Positions 26,701 to 39,959 of a stretch of 64,000 bases of DNA are shown piece after piece. The stretch is from Chiloscyllium plagiosum. Taxonomy: Eukaryota. The stretch spans positions 21,228,141 to 21,292,140 of the forward strand of contig NC_057743.1 of NCBI RefSeq assembly GCF_004010195.1, in the 5' to 3' direction. A program made the translations under genes and the position numbers. Position 1 is the first letter of the stretch, and every line of letters starts with the position of its first letter. The notes under the pieces were generated by a model, which was given only the letters and a program-made list of their open reading frames with translations, ran no database searches and was not told the DNA's origin.

Positions 26701-27680
26701 TTTCCCTCTTAGGTATACTCCCACTACCTTTATATTCTAAGGATTCACTCGATCTATCCTGTCTATACCTGACATATGCTTCCTTCTTTTTCTTAACCAA
26801 ACCCTCAATTTCTTTAGGCATCCAGTATTTCCTATACCTACCAGTCTTTCCTTTCACCTTAAACAGGAATATACTGCCTCTGGACTTTCGTTATCTCATT
26901 TCTGAAGGCTTCCCATTTTCTAGCTGTTCCTTTACTTGCGAACATCTGTGCCCAGTCAGCTTTTGGAAGTTCTTGCCTCATACCGTCAACATTTGCCAGC
27001 CTCCAATTTAGAAATTCAACTTTTAGATCTGGTCTATGCTTTTCCATCACTACTTCAAAGCTAATAGAATTATGGTCGCTGGCCCCCAAGTGCTCTCCCA
27101 CTGACACCTCAGTCACCTGCCCTACCTTATTTCCCAAGAGTAGATCAAGTTTTGCACCTTTTCCAGTAGGTGCATTCACATACCGAGTCAGAAAATTGTC
27201 TTGTACACACTTAACAAATTCCTCTCCATCTAAACCCTTAACACTATGGCAGTTCCAGTCTATGACCATAACCACTCTATTTTCTTACAGATAGCTGAGA
27301 TCTCCTTACAAGTTTGTTTCTCAATTTCACTCTAACTATTAGGGGGTCAATAATACAATCCCAATAAGGTGATCATCCCTTTCTTATTTCTCAGTTCCAC
27401 CCAAATAACTTCCCTGGATATATTTCCAGGAATACCCTCTCTCAGCACAGCTGTAATGCTATCCCCGATCAAAAACGCCACTCCCTCTCCTCTCTTGCCT
27501 CCCTTTCTATCCTTCCTGTAGCATTTGTATCCTGGAACATTAAGCTGCCAGTCCTGCCCATCCCTAAGCCATGTTTCTGTAATTGCTATGATATCCCAGT
27601 CCCATGTTCCTAACCATGCCCTGAGTTCATCTGCCTTCCCTGTTAGGCCCCTTGCATTGAAATAAATGCAGTTTAATTTC
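23778..27680 (-). mobile_element. CR1/HER1 LINE (same family as 6660-9647), interrupted by a Penelope-like piece and an assembly gap
   Basis: RT motifs SGVPQGLVLGP, KFADDTKIGG; endonuclease region at 26860-27680; purine-rich Penelope-like insert at about 24950-25409. Confidence 0.92.
25410..26209. other. Assembly gap
   Basis: Run of N. Confidence 1.
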
Positions 27681-28377
27681 TTCAGTCATTCTAAATATTT
27701 TGCCTTTCTGACCTTAACAGGAAAACATATTTTTCTTTAGTTTTAACATATATTCATTTGTTCTAGCACAGAGCATAAACTGATAGAATGTTGCAGATTG
27801 TTTGCATCAACTCAATGCATTTTGTTTGCTTTTACAAACTCCACTCAAACATTTCTTTTCAAAACTCTTGGAACAACTTCTCCAAAAGCTTAATCCTTCG
27901 ATGCCAGCTTCAGTCTCAAGACCTATCTCGACACAATATCTGGGTATTTACTACTTAGCTTTGTCTTGATGGTGGAAAGTAAATCAAGTATACAAGATGA
28001 TCCAAAATCTTACTTACACTTAACTGACCCAGCAGTACAACTCATTCTTTGTGAACACACTTCAGCAAGAAGTATGGAAAAGGCACCGGAGAAAGGAATG
28101 CTAATGATCTCAAGGCCAAGGACCGCTTCCACCTCCTAGAAACACCTGCCAAAAGTGTAGGTGGAGATGTGGCTCTAGGAAAGACCTCATCAGCCATACA
28201 AGGACCTACAGAACCCATGACCAGTGGCACAGAATCTCCTAAGTGGAGAATCATACTTGTTAGTGAGTGATTGCGGACAATGACAGTACATTAAGCATTT
28301 GTTTTCATTTATTGGCACCCTAGAGAGTCCACACGTGTCCAGGAAATATTACAACTTCCAACCGCACTCTCACTTAC

Positions 28378-28447
28378 TGTAGCTGTCACTTTGTCCCAGT
28401 CGGAAACAAATGCACGGAATCCTTCTCCAAACACTGCACCAGCTGTC
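28378..28447 (-). CDS. ATAD3A: ATAD3A exon 7
   Basis: cactcag|...|gtaagt; 70 nt; [23 protein letters not shown]. Confidence 0.96.
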
Positions 28448-29344
28448 CTGAGTGAAAGAGCAAAATAGAACAATCACCACATCTCAAAACATCACAAACA
28501 GCTGCAAAGAAGTGGAAACAGTCACAGTCTCTTGGGAAATAAAACAGACTGCAGGAAATAAATGAAAGCTTTTGGGACAGTGATCACATTACATCTCACT
28601 GACTTAGAAATAGGCAAGCAAAGATTTGCTCAGTCATGCTGTTTCAAAGTGATCAAATCAAAACTTCTATCAGATTATACATTATGAAACCAGTCCTGTT
28701 ATTCTTGCCTTGCTGCTAAAGTCATTAATTACATTTTCAATCAAGACACTATTATTTTTACGAATGGAACAAATCTGAGCCTAAATCTCTAAATACCTTA
28801 CAACCACTGGAAAAAGTCAATGCATGAAACTTAAAGCAATCTTTGCCTATATTTTTAAGATTAAACAGCTTCTAATTTTATGGGTATAATCACTATGTAT
28901 CTCAAGGTAGATGCACTTTCCTGAATTTCTGGTCTCAATACTGAACATGTGCAACACAGCTACTTATGCCTGTAAACGATTGTTAACAATATAGTAAGGG
29001 TGAGATAAATAAAGTTGGAAGAAGCACATATCAGGCTGAAACACCAGCACAGACCTGTTGGGCCGAACTGCAAATTTTATGCTGTAAAATTCTATGTATA
29101 AAGAATTCAAGGGAAAGCAGCAATAGGTTACAGAGGACTCACCTCTGCAGGTAACAGGACAACAAACTGGGAATGGCATGTTACTCATATTTATATACTC
29201 AACGTGAATCCAAATGTTTGAGAGACCAAACTTCACTATGTTGTTTCCACATTCCCATTACAGTTTGATGCTATTTAGTGTCTCCAGAGCTACACCTAAT
29301 GTTTTGGACCCAAAACTGAACAGATATAAAATAATTAACATAAG

Positions 29345-29988
29345 GCGTTGAAGGAGGCATTTGGCATGCTTGCTGTCATTGGTCAGTGCATGGAGCGTAG
29401 GAGTTGGGATGTCATTTTTCAGCCAAACAGGACATCGGTTAGGCCACTTTTAAAAGACTGCATTCAATTCTGGTCTCCATGCTATAGGAAAGATGTTGTT
29501 AAAAGGGTTCAGAAAAGATTTACAAGGATGTTGGTGAGTTTGGAGAATTGGAGCTCGGGCTATAGGGAGAGGCTGAATAGACTCGGGCTATTTTCCATGG
29601 TGCATCAGAGGCTGAGGGGTGACCTTATAGAGGTTTATAAAATGATGAGGGGCATAGATTGGATGGATAAACAAGGTCTTTTCCTAGGATGGGGGAGCCC
29701 AAAACTAGAAGGCATCAGTTTAAAGTGAGAGGGGTAAGATTTAAAAGGGATCTGAGGACAACTCTTTCATGCAGAGGCTGGTGCATGTATTGAATGAACT
29801 GCCAGAGGAAGTGGCAGAGGTAGGTGTAACATTTAAAAGCATCTGGATGGATACATGGATAGGAAAAGTTTAGAGGGATATGGGTTCATTGCTGGCAAAT
29901 GGGACTAGATCAGATTAGGCTAGCTGGTCGGCGTGGATGAGTTGGATCGAAGAGTCAATTTCCATGCTGTACATCTCTATGACTCTAT
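29345..29988 (+). mobile_element. CR1/HER1 LINE 3' fragment
   Basis: CIQFWSPCYRKDVVKRVQKRFTRML...; ends ctctatgactctat. Confidence 0.9.
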
Positions 29989-30082
29989 ACAGAACCTCGA
30001 TGTTGCGCTGAGCTGTGAAACCAATCTGACACCCATCCAATCTAAACTATTCCATTTTCATCCAATGACCATTTAAATGCCC

Positions 30083-30244
30083 AAGACTGCAGATGCTGGA
30101 GATCAGAGCTTAAAAATGTGTTGCTGGAAAAGCACAGCAGGTCAGGCAGCATCAAAGGAGCAGGAGAATCGACGTTTCGGGCATAAGCCTGAAGAAGGGC
30201 TTATGCCCGAAACGTCGATTCTCCTGCCCCTTTAATGCTGCCTG
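30083..30244. mobile_element. Penelope terminal repeat in head-to-head (palindromic) arrangement
   Basis: 30143-30189 is the near-exact reverse complement of 30198-30244. Confidence 0.85.
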
Positions 30245-31775
30245 GGTCTACTACTGTTGCTGGCAGGGCATTCCATGCCTCTACTTCTCGGAGTAAAGAA
30301 ACTACCTCTGACATCTGTCCTATATCTAACACAAATAGATGGACTGGTTGAATTGAAGGGTCTGTTTCTGAGTTGCACAACTCCTCGACTCCGTGACAGC
30401 TGAAATCCACTTTCCTACCTGCCAGTCTATATGTAAAGCAACACATTTTGCAATTTCAGTCCAGTAAATTAATACATCACTGCAACATGATTCCACAAAC
30501 CATGAGTAGAAAAGCATCAATCTCCCCACAACTGAAATCGATGCACTTAGTTTACTCTCAGTCAGTTAGGAACCTGCGACGATGAGAAGGAGGTCATTTA
30601 GAGAGCAAGTGTCCTCTAACCACTACTATACAAATAGGGTTTAGATACTTACTGAGCAACCCATGAGTCTTCTGTGGCATTGCATACAAAACATAAAGAT
30701 TGAACGGAATGTTCAAGTGTAAGGGGTGTAAGGAACAAAGGACAAATAACGTAGACACGCAGACGCAATTCAGTCTTCAGTAAAATGACCCTCGCGCCTG
30801 CACTATCATTCAATGGATCATAGCTGATTTCCACTCAGTTATTTTCCTGCACTACCCCATAGCACTTTATCCTTAACTTCGAGGCATCTATCAATCGATG
30901 TACAGCGTGGCAGGTTTACAAAAGCAGTTTCCATGATAAGTGGTGACAGAGATTGGTACTGCCAGTGCACACAACCAATAAGGTTACTTCTATGTTCTTG
31001 TGGCCCAATCTAGAACATAGTTTTCAGATAAGGGATGGCAGATTTAAAACAATGAGGAGAAATTACTTCTCTTAAAGGCTCATGATACTGTGGAATTTAC
31101 TGCCCAGACAGTGGTGTATGGCGGGACATTGAGTAAATTTAGGGAGGAGATAGACAGGTTTTTCTTTGCTAACGGACTGAAGGGTTATGGAGAGTGGTAT
31201 GAGGTCCAGGTGAGATCAACCATGATCATATCAAAAAGCAGATACAGGCTCCAGGAGCTGAATGTCTATATATTGATTCCAACGTATTTCTCATTATCCA
31301 CGCATGAAATAGTTGGTAGTTCTTAATATTGGATCTTACTCAATACACCTCCAGTAACTACAGTGAGGTAAATTCTGGTCTAATATGAGAGGGGGTTGTG
31401 GTCGTAAAAGTAGCAGCTGTTTTTTCTTAATGAGAGGAGAATCGCAAGATTAGAGTCAGATTTTAATGCTCAAACGTTAGGTGGCCAGGAAGTGTTAATT
31501 TCTTCAGCAAACAATGAGTCACTCAGATCTAGAATAGGCAGTTCAATGTCAGGCGTTTTAATTACTATCATTAATCATCCATTTGAGGGCATCTCTATTA
31601 ATCTGCAAAATGTCACTGCACCTCAATGGGCAGTATATACCAAAGGCAGCAGATAAAAGCAGACCCTGATATTGATGGTAAGGAAAGAAATGCAATGGTT
31701 TGATGAGGGAGAGAGATAACTGATCAGTCACGTTTAGTATTCTGAAATCGACCCTTCTGTCTACCGAACACTTAC

Positions 31776-31941
31776 TTAATGGAATCAAGGACAGTCTGAC
31801 GATGCTCTGCAGCTTTCAAACGGATCTGTTCTCTGATCAGATCAGCATTCTCTCGCTCAACCTTCGCACGGGCTTTAGCTTCAGCCTCAATTCGAAGCAT
31901 CTCATTCTTGTGTCGGAGCTCCATCTCGTGTTCAATAGTGG
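31776..31941 (-). CDS. ATAD3A: ATAD3A exon 6
   Basis: ctgtag|...|gtaagt; 166 nt; (A)[54 protein letters not shown](K). Confidence 0.96.
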
Positions 31942-33435
31942 CTACAGTGGGGAAAGACAGATCAAAACAATACCATTCACCATGGCTGGGAAACTGAATA
32001 TTTGAGTTTATAAAGACAAACTCCTTAATGCTGGACACAATTATTAGTATCATAGGGAAAAAAAAACCTCCATTCAGTCCACTGTGTTTCTATTATCCCT
32101 AAAGGAACTATTCAGCTGAATTCCACTTTCCAGCTCTTTTGTTTAATCTGTAGGCTTGAAGGTTATGGTGATTCACATATGTATTCAGGCAGTGTTAAAT
32201 GTGAAGAGGGTCGTCTCTATCTCTACCACCCTTTCAGATAGTGAAAGCCAGAACTCTATCATTCATTGGATTAAGTAACTTCCATCAACACTCCCCAATC
32301 CTTACAGCAAATAGTTTAAATCTTCGTTCCCCTGGATATTGAATTCAGCAATAAAAATGGGTCTTGCATATTCACTTGTCCAGACATTTCGAGTTCTACA
32401 GATTTCAATTAAATCACCTCTTAGCTGGCAGCTGTCCAAAGGAATCTACCACAACCTATCTCATCTTTCTTCAATTAAAAATTCTCTACTCCTGGTGACA
32501 TTTGCCATGCCGTCTCCAATATGATCACATTCTTTCTGTAAAATGGTAACAGGGATTTTATTCTAGCTATCTGCCTTTCCACTCACTCCCCTGTCTTATA
32601 AACCTATCTTGCCTGTTCCTGATTGATGACAATTAACACTGGCCCTCAGAACATTTTCAATAATTTGCACCCACCAACATTAGGGTAGTTGACCTATTAC
32701 TGCTATATCCCTTTACAAACAACAGCCCAATGCTAGCTGTCCATTAGCTCCACATTAGCAGCCTGAAGGGACAGAAAAATGATGGCTAGAGCCTTCACTC
32801 CAACTGTCTCGTTTCTCTTAACAGCCTGGGATTCAGCTCATCTGGGCCAACTGATTCATATTTAAAGATGTCCCTCCCCCCCAAGTTTCCTTGTATTATG
32901 ATTTACTATGTCTAATATTTCACACACCTTCTCAACTACAATGTCACCATTATTCCACACCTCTGTGATACAAGTGCAAAGAATTCATCAACAATCATCC
33001 CCATGTCTTCCCTTTATACAGACCTTTAAGGTCTAAAAAGCCGTAGTTTCCTTTTCTTCATATAACTTTAAAACTCTCCTAGTGTCTTCCATTAACTCAA
33101 TGTTAAACTGGGAAGAGACGAGGAGACGAAAAAGGGTAGCCAAAAGACTAAATAATCGGCAGCATATGACAAAGCTTGCTGGAATCCTCAGTGAGTGAAC
33201 AGCCTCATTTTACAGACAAGTTGTCAGATTTTAGTCCAATCTACAAAATCAAGCTTTCAACCAAAGATTGCACTGTACCCTGAATCCTTTCATAGTCACT
33301 TTTTAAAAAGCACCAACTCAACGTACTGGCAATATGAACACAACCTCTGAGCTGTGACCTCTTTCAAAATGTGCTTAGTCCCCAGGATTAAGTCAAAGCA
33401 CAAAGACAAGGACTGCCCTATGCAATAAAAAGGAA

Positions 33436-34150
33436 GTCAAGAGTGTGGTACTGGAAAAGCACAGCCGGTCAGGCAGCATCCGAAGAGCAGGAAAATTGAC
33501 ATTTCAGGCAAAGGCCCTTCATCAGGAATGAGGCTGTGAGCTGAGGGAGTGGAGAGATAAATGGTAAGGTGGGTTGAGGCTGGGGGGAAAGTAGCTGAGA
33601 GTGTGATAGGTAAATGGAGGTGGGGGTAATGGTGATAGGTCGGAAAGGAGGGTGGAGCAGATAGGTGGTTGTGCAGGCTCAATGAACCAGACAGCCATTG
33701 CCGTTCTGCAGAAGCTGTGACTCTAATTGTCCTCCCAGACCTACCTCTCCTAAAACGTGATAAATATAGTGCACAATATTGCACCCCACCCCCCTCCAAA
33801 GACGCAACAAAGGCCCTTTTAACCAGCGTTGCCTTTTCATTTGTACAGTGTCAATGAAGATTTAGTAATGGCAGGACCAACATGTCATACATGATAAGCA
33901 AAGGGTAACTGAACCACATGAGACATCACAGGAATGGCGATTAGCAATGTGATGCATTTTGAACGATGTTCAAAGTTCTTCCATGAGATGCATGTACCAA
34001 ATCTAGCAATAGGGGGAGGAGAGGGTGGTGCAGATAGGTGGGAAGAAAGATGGACAGATGGGCCAGGTCATGAGGACGGTGCTGATCTGGAAGGTTGGAA
34101 CTGGGATAAGATGAGGGAGGGGGGGGGGGAAATGAGGAAACTGGTGAAGC
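33436..34150 (-). mobile_element. Penelope terminal region in two pieces (about 33436-33668 and 34010-34150)
   Basis: Matches 19661-20000. Confidence 0.75.
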
Positions 34151-34369
34151 AGGTTCCTCTCAGATTGTCTTAACATCAAAAGTGAACAGCGTTAAATTCA
34201 TTATTCTCTAACTCTCCAATCCTGCACAGCTCTCATATTGGATCAGATTAATATTGAATAATTTTTCATTCAAGTTAAAAAAGAGCAACCAATTCAAGAT
34301 TAGCAGTTAATCTGAATTTTAACAATTAATCTGGATAAATTGAACAAGAGTATAACTGTAATACCTTAC

Positions 34370-34439
34370 CTCTTCGCATAGATTCCTGTTTCTGAACAGA
34401 TTCCTCCTGTTTCCTCAAATTCTCCTCATTCAATAATTG
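34370..34439 (-). CDS. ATAD3A: ATAD3A exon 5
   Basis: tttattag|...|gtaagg; 70 nt; QLLNEENLRKQEESVQKQESMRR. Confidence 0.96.
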
Positions 34440-34599
34440 CTAATAAAAACACAGAATAATTGGTTTAAAATGACAATGCTTATTGCCTTGTCCATTAATC
34501 ATTTATCTGGTGAAGCATTGCAACATTTCAGCTCAAGAGCCGTACTGGCACAGGTATTGCTAATTCGTGATAGTTAACCCTCCACAGCAGAAGGTGGAA

Positions 34600-34845
34600 T
34601 TTTAATTCAATAAAATCAAAATCAGGAATTAAGAGTCTAATGACAAGCACAAATCCATTTGACGATTGTTGGAAAATCCCATCTGGTTCACGAATGTCAT
34701 TTAGGGAAGGAAACTGTCATCCTTGCTTGATCTGGTCTACACGTGATTCCAGACCCACAACACTTAACTGCCCTCTAGACAATCAGGGATGGGCAATAAA
34801 TGCAGGCCTAGCCAGTGACACCCTCAAGCTTTAAATGAATTTTTT
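34600..34845 (+). mobile_element. SINE-like remnant with L2-type tail
   Basis: tagggaaggaaactgtcatcctt...gggatgggcaataaatgcaggcctagccag. Confidence 0.55.
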
Positions 34846-35487
34846 AAAATTCCAAATGATCTTCCTCATGCATAACGATAGGATATCTTTTTCTTAAAAA
34901 AAAAGGACTTATTGCTGGGACTGTCAGCATCAACTGACAGTATCAGACTGTCCTGATTTCAGTAGGTTGCCTTCAGAGGGCAATTCAAGTTTTAAACAAC
35001 TGGATGCTCCAATCTCATGGATCTAACTTTATATGATCTGCCATGTCCCTCAAACAAACTTAAACTGTTTATAAATCATGCAGCTTTTTGGGACTTCAGT
35101 GACTACACTGTACGTAGCTGCCCCACAAGGATTTGGTAGCAGTACTGAGTATGCGTACTTCACGCTGAAGAGATTCATGGTGACAAGCGTTAGAGCCTCC
35201 TCTGGTGCCGGATGCTGGTATTGTAATACATGACATGTGATTCATCCACAGCATTTAGAGTCAGATTAAGAATTAAGATTCAGACAGACATGTCTTTTCT
35301 CAGACAAAATATTAAAATCAAAGCAGAGTTCTTATTTGGATGGATGGAAAAAATCCCACTGCACCATTTTGAAAAGCAATATTATCCCCAGAGTTTGAGC
35401 CAATATTTATCATTCAACCAACAAATGTAAAACACATCAGATTCATTACGACTTCACTATTTCTGGGATCTTGCTGTGCATGCTGTT

Positions 35488-36710
35488 AGAACATAGAACA
35501 ATACAGCACAGAACAGGCCCTTCGGCCCACGATGTTGTGCCGAACATTTGTCCTAGCTTAAGCACCCATCCATGTACCTATCCAATTGCCGCTTAAAGGT
35601 CACCAAAGATTCTGACTCTACCACTCCCACAGGCAGAGCATTCCATGCCCCCACCACTCTCTGGGTAAAGAACCCACCCCTAACATCTCCCCNNNNNNNN
35701 NNNNNNNNNNNNNNNNNNNNNNNNNNNNNNNNNNNNNNNNNNNNNNNNNNNNNNNNNNNNNNNNNNNNNNNNNNNNNNNNNNNTGTGGCCTAACCAATGT
35801 CCTGTACAGTTGCAACATCACTTCACGACTCTTGAATTCAATCCCTCTGCTAATGAACGATAATACTCCATAGGCCTTCTTACAAACTCTATCCACCTGA
35901 GTGGCAACCTTCAAAGATCTATGTACATAGACCCCAAGATCCCTCTGTTCCTCCACCTCACTAAGAACCCTACCGTTAACCCTGTATTCTGCATTCTTAT
36001 TTGTCTTTCCAAAATGGACAACCTCACACTTGGCAGGGTTGAACTCCATCTGCTACTCCTCAGCCCAGCTCTGCATCATATCCAAGTCCCTGTGCGGCCG
36101 ACAAGAGCCCTCCTCACTATCCAAAACTCCACCAATCTTCATTTCATCTGCAAATTTACTGACCCACCCCTCGGCTCCCTCATCCAAGTCATTAATAAAA
36201 ATTACGAACAGCAGAGGACCCAGAACTGATCCCTGCGGGACTCCACTTGTAACTGGGCTCCAGGCTGAATATTTACCATCTACCACCACTCTCTGACTTC
36301 GACCGGTTAGCCAGTTTTCTATCGAATTGGCCAAATTTCCCTCTATCCCATACCTCCTGACTTTCCGCATAAGCCTATCATGGGGAACCTTTTCAAATGC
36401 CTTACTAAAATCCATGTATACTATATCCACTGCTCTACCTTCATCTACATGCTTGGTCACCTCCTCAAAGAATTCAATAAGACTTGTAAGGCAAGACCTA
36501 CCCTTCACAAATCCGTGCTGGCTGTCCGTAATCAAGCAGTGTCTTTCCAGATACTCATAAATCCTATCCCTCAGTACTCTTTCCATTACTTTGCCTACCA
36601 CCGAAGTAAGACTAACTGGCCTGAAATTTCCGGGGTTATCCCTATTCCCTTTTTTGAACAGGGGCACAACATTCGCCACTCTCCAGTCCCCTGGTACCAC
36701 CCCCGTTGAC
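35488..36710 (-). mobile_element. Relatively intact CR1 LINE RT/3' segment (contains N gap 35693-35783)
   Basis: Open RT frame [45 protein letters not shown]; agaacatagaaca tail. Confidence 0.93.
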
Positions 36711-37495
36711 AGTTCTGCCACATTTTCTACGTTACAACAGTGACTACACCACAAACAGCAGCTCATTAGCTGTAAGTGACACTGTTAAAGCTATTATACA
36801 GATAGTGGCTTCTTTTCATATAGAATTTACACAGTGAGACCCTACAAGTTGACTTGCTGCTTCAGCATGCTTTCGCTGGCTCAGCAGGTATATTTATTGC
36901 CCAGCATACCACTGCATCACACTGAGGTAGCTGTATCCTTAGCTATGCTCAATCACACAAAGACCAAGAATATACCAAGCAATGCAATACTAAATCACAG
37001 AAGCTAGGATGATGCCACCCTTGGCCTGTGTTCAGTTACCTGCACTCAATATCCCATAGGGATACATGATGAGCGAAAGCGTGCAACAGAAAAAGCCAAC
37101 CAGGTTTTCCACCCCAATCATTAACCAATACACGTGTATGCTTGAAATGATATCAGCAAAAATAAAGTCAATCAGATTCTGGATTTCCAGAAAGAGGAGA
37201 GAACATGAATCGCATAATGGCACAGCACAGGATGTCGTTTGCTCTTTGGTAACTGTGATATAATTAGACCAATTCCTGTACTTGTTCCCTGTAGCCTTGC
37301 ACATTTTCCCTTCAATCATTCATGAAATTCTCCTTTGCATGCTAGTTCCACTGTCACCCTAATAACTTGGTGCATAATAAGTTTGTGCGTTGCATTTGGT
37401 TCCTTTGTCAACCATTTTAAACAGATGCATTCTTGTCACTATCCTATTGCAATGTTAAAAGATTAAATTGTACTATCTCTCTGGATATTAATGTA

Positions 37496-37841
37496 AGTTT
37501 GTCCTGGTACTAAGCTCGCTGTAAAACAAGGTGCCAAATTTAATCTGTGGGCTTAAAATAAACGACAATCTCAGTGTACTTTATCTATTTCTGACAAATA
37601 TAAGAAAAGCCAGTCACACTACCTCTTATCAAAAGAAATGTTAGATCAATATCAATTAAATCCTGATCTAGTTGAAGTTGTTACACCATTTGTGAAGGAA
37701 TTCAATTAATAACAAAATATTTGGCCTGAATTCTTTAGTTTAAAACTTGACATTTATATCATATGTAGTGTGTGTGCAGAAATTTACTATGATCAAACAT
37801 TCTTCTTCTGTGCGCTCTACTAAACCACAGCTCACAGCTCG
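37496..37841 (-). pseudogene. Duplicated fragment of ATAD3A intron 3/exon 4 (copy of 39253-39597) with a nonsense change
   Basis: About 345 bp near-identical to 39253-39597; keeps the acceptor AG (37519-37520) and 23 nt of exon 4; codon 3 CAG has become TAG. Confidence 0.92.
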
Positions 37842-38084
37842 AGGGTTTGTGTGTCTCGATGTTCGTGCATCTGCTTTTAAATTGTACTATTCATATTGTC
37901 TTTCCTCAATCTTCCCCATAAAACAAACAGTTTTACCCTTCACAGCATTAAATCTCAATCACCACATGTTTACTTGTTTCACCAGTCTGTTTTCCTTGAG
38001 TCTTCTGTATGATACTCTTTACCGTTTACCATATTTTGGAGTTTCGTGCCACCTGCAAACTTTGATATGATAATCTGTCTACTA

Positions 38085-38296
38085 AAGTGCTCCGGTTTCC
38101 TCCCACAATCCAAAGATGTAAAGGTAAGGTGAATTGGCCACGCTAAATTGACTATGGTGTTCAGGGATGTGTAGGTCAGGGGTAAATACAGCGTAGGGGA
38201 ATGGGGTCTGGGTGGGTTACTCTTCCGAGGGTTGGTGTGTACTTGTTGGGCCGAAGGGCCTGTTTCCACACTATAGGGATTCTAATTCTAATCTAA
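38085..38296 (+). mobile_element. 5'-truncated HE1-like SINE
   Basis: gtgctccggtttcctcccacaatccaaagatgt...gggcctgtttccacact + tctaat tail. Confidence 0.85.
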
Positions 38297-39215
38297 TACT
38301 ATGTAGTACTATGAAAAACAACTGCACACTACTATTCTTTGCTTTCTGTCTTTTAGTCAAGTTTGGATCCATGTTTCCATCAATTTAACAGAGGTTAATT
38401 TTATTAACATGTCTATCACATTGTATTTCAAAAGATTCTTTGCATGTCTACATACACATGAAACACTATCTTCAAAAAAACACCCTCCATTAATCTGAAG
38501 AACTATCAATTGAGTTAGTCAAAACAGCAGCTGGCTTCAAACAAAATTTTACTGACATGCAAAATGTCAACTGCGTCCTGACATTTATCGATTAAAAGCT
38601 GCCCCATCACCAACATCATGCAAATTGCTCATTTGCTGGATTCACTCTTTCACTGTTTGTTATACAAGAGTGCAACACTTGTAGATCTCCAGTCTGAGAT
38701 AGTTTCAGAGAACAAGAACGACTGGAAAACTTCTGAGGTTTTGGCCACAGCTTCCAACCATACATCCTTCAGTAAACTAGAATGCATCCTATCCATTGCA
38801 TGACTTTTCTATTTTAAGGACTGCTAACATTTGAAGCACTTGTTCTTTATATATGTTTTCCATCCAAAATCATTATTGCTTTCACCTTTAATTATAACTT
38901 TGCCAGCATTTTCTGCTCTGGTACAAAAAGTACTCACTTAAATCACTCATTATGCTCTTTGCCTCCTTGTCAGTCTCTAATTAGTTCCATTTTCTCTTCA
39001 ACCATCCTTTCAATATTTGCGCATTTATAAAAGACCTTTGCATTCTATTTGATGTTAGTTATTACTTATGCAATTTGCTATGGCACTCTTCTGCCTGGTT
39101 TTAGAACTCGGTTCTTTTTATATTTAGATTTTAAAAGATTGATTACATTTCCAGACCTTCAATCACTCAGCCCTCCATTCCATACAAAATTACCAAGGAC
39201 TTCATGCCCGCTTAC

Positions 39216-39275
39216 CTGCTGGCGGAGTTGGTCATCATATCGCTGTCTTGCTAGTTTGTCCTGATACTGAGCTCG
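39216..39275 (-). CDS. ATAD3A: ATAD3A exon 4
   Basis: ttttacag|...|gtaagc; 60 nt; RAQYQDKLARQRYDDQLRQQ. Confidence 0.96.
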
Positions 39276-39751
39276 CTGTAAAACAAGATGCCAAATTTAA
39301 TCTGTGGGCTTAAAACAAATGACAATCTCCGTGTACTTTATCTATTTCTGACAGATATAAGAAAAGCCAGTCACACTACCTCTTATCAAAAGAAATGTTA
39401 GATCAATATCAATTAAATCCTGATCTAGTTGAAGTTGTTACACCATTTGCGAAGGAATTCAATTAATAACAAAATATTTGGCCTGAATTCTTTAGTTTAA
39501 AACTTGACATTTATATCATATGTAGTGTGTGTGCAGAAATTTACTATGATCAAACATTCCTCTTCTGTGCACTCTACTAAACCACAGCTCACGCTCGCAA
39601 GCATTTCCCTCAGCTCAGGGACGCATGGGAATGCCCTCGCACAAATGACTCAGGACACTTGCCTCTTAATGAACTTGTAGGCATTAATTTCATTCAGTTT
39701 AGACATCCATTCCTTGCAACCAGAAAAACTACTTTAACTGCAAATACTTAC

Positions 39752-39853
39752 AGCCTGGTGTTGCCTTGTTTCTTCAGCCAGTGTTTTCCGCTTCTCTTCT
39801 CCCTGAACTTTGATTTGATCACTTTTCAGTTGTTCCACAGCAGCTTCATATTC
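39752..39853 (-). CDS. ATAD3A: ATAD3A exon 3
   Basis: ttgcag|...|gtaagt; 102 nt; [34 protein letters not shown]. Confidence 0.96.
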
Positions 39854-39959
39854 CTGCAAGCAGAATTACAAAAAATGTAATGTGTCAGCAGAACAAGTCA
39901 CGAATAAATTTAGAGGCATCAACAGATTCAACATTTCCACCAAAATTTAGAAACATGTA

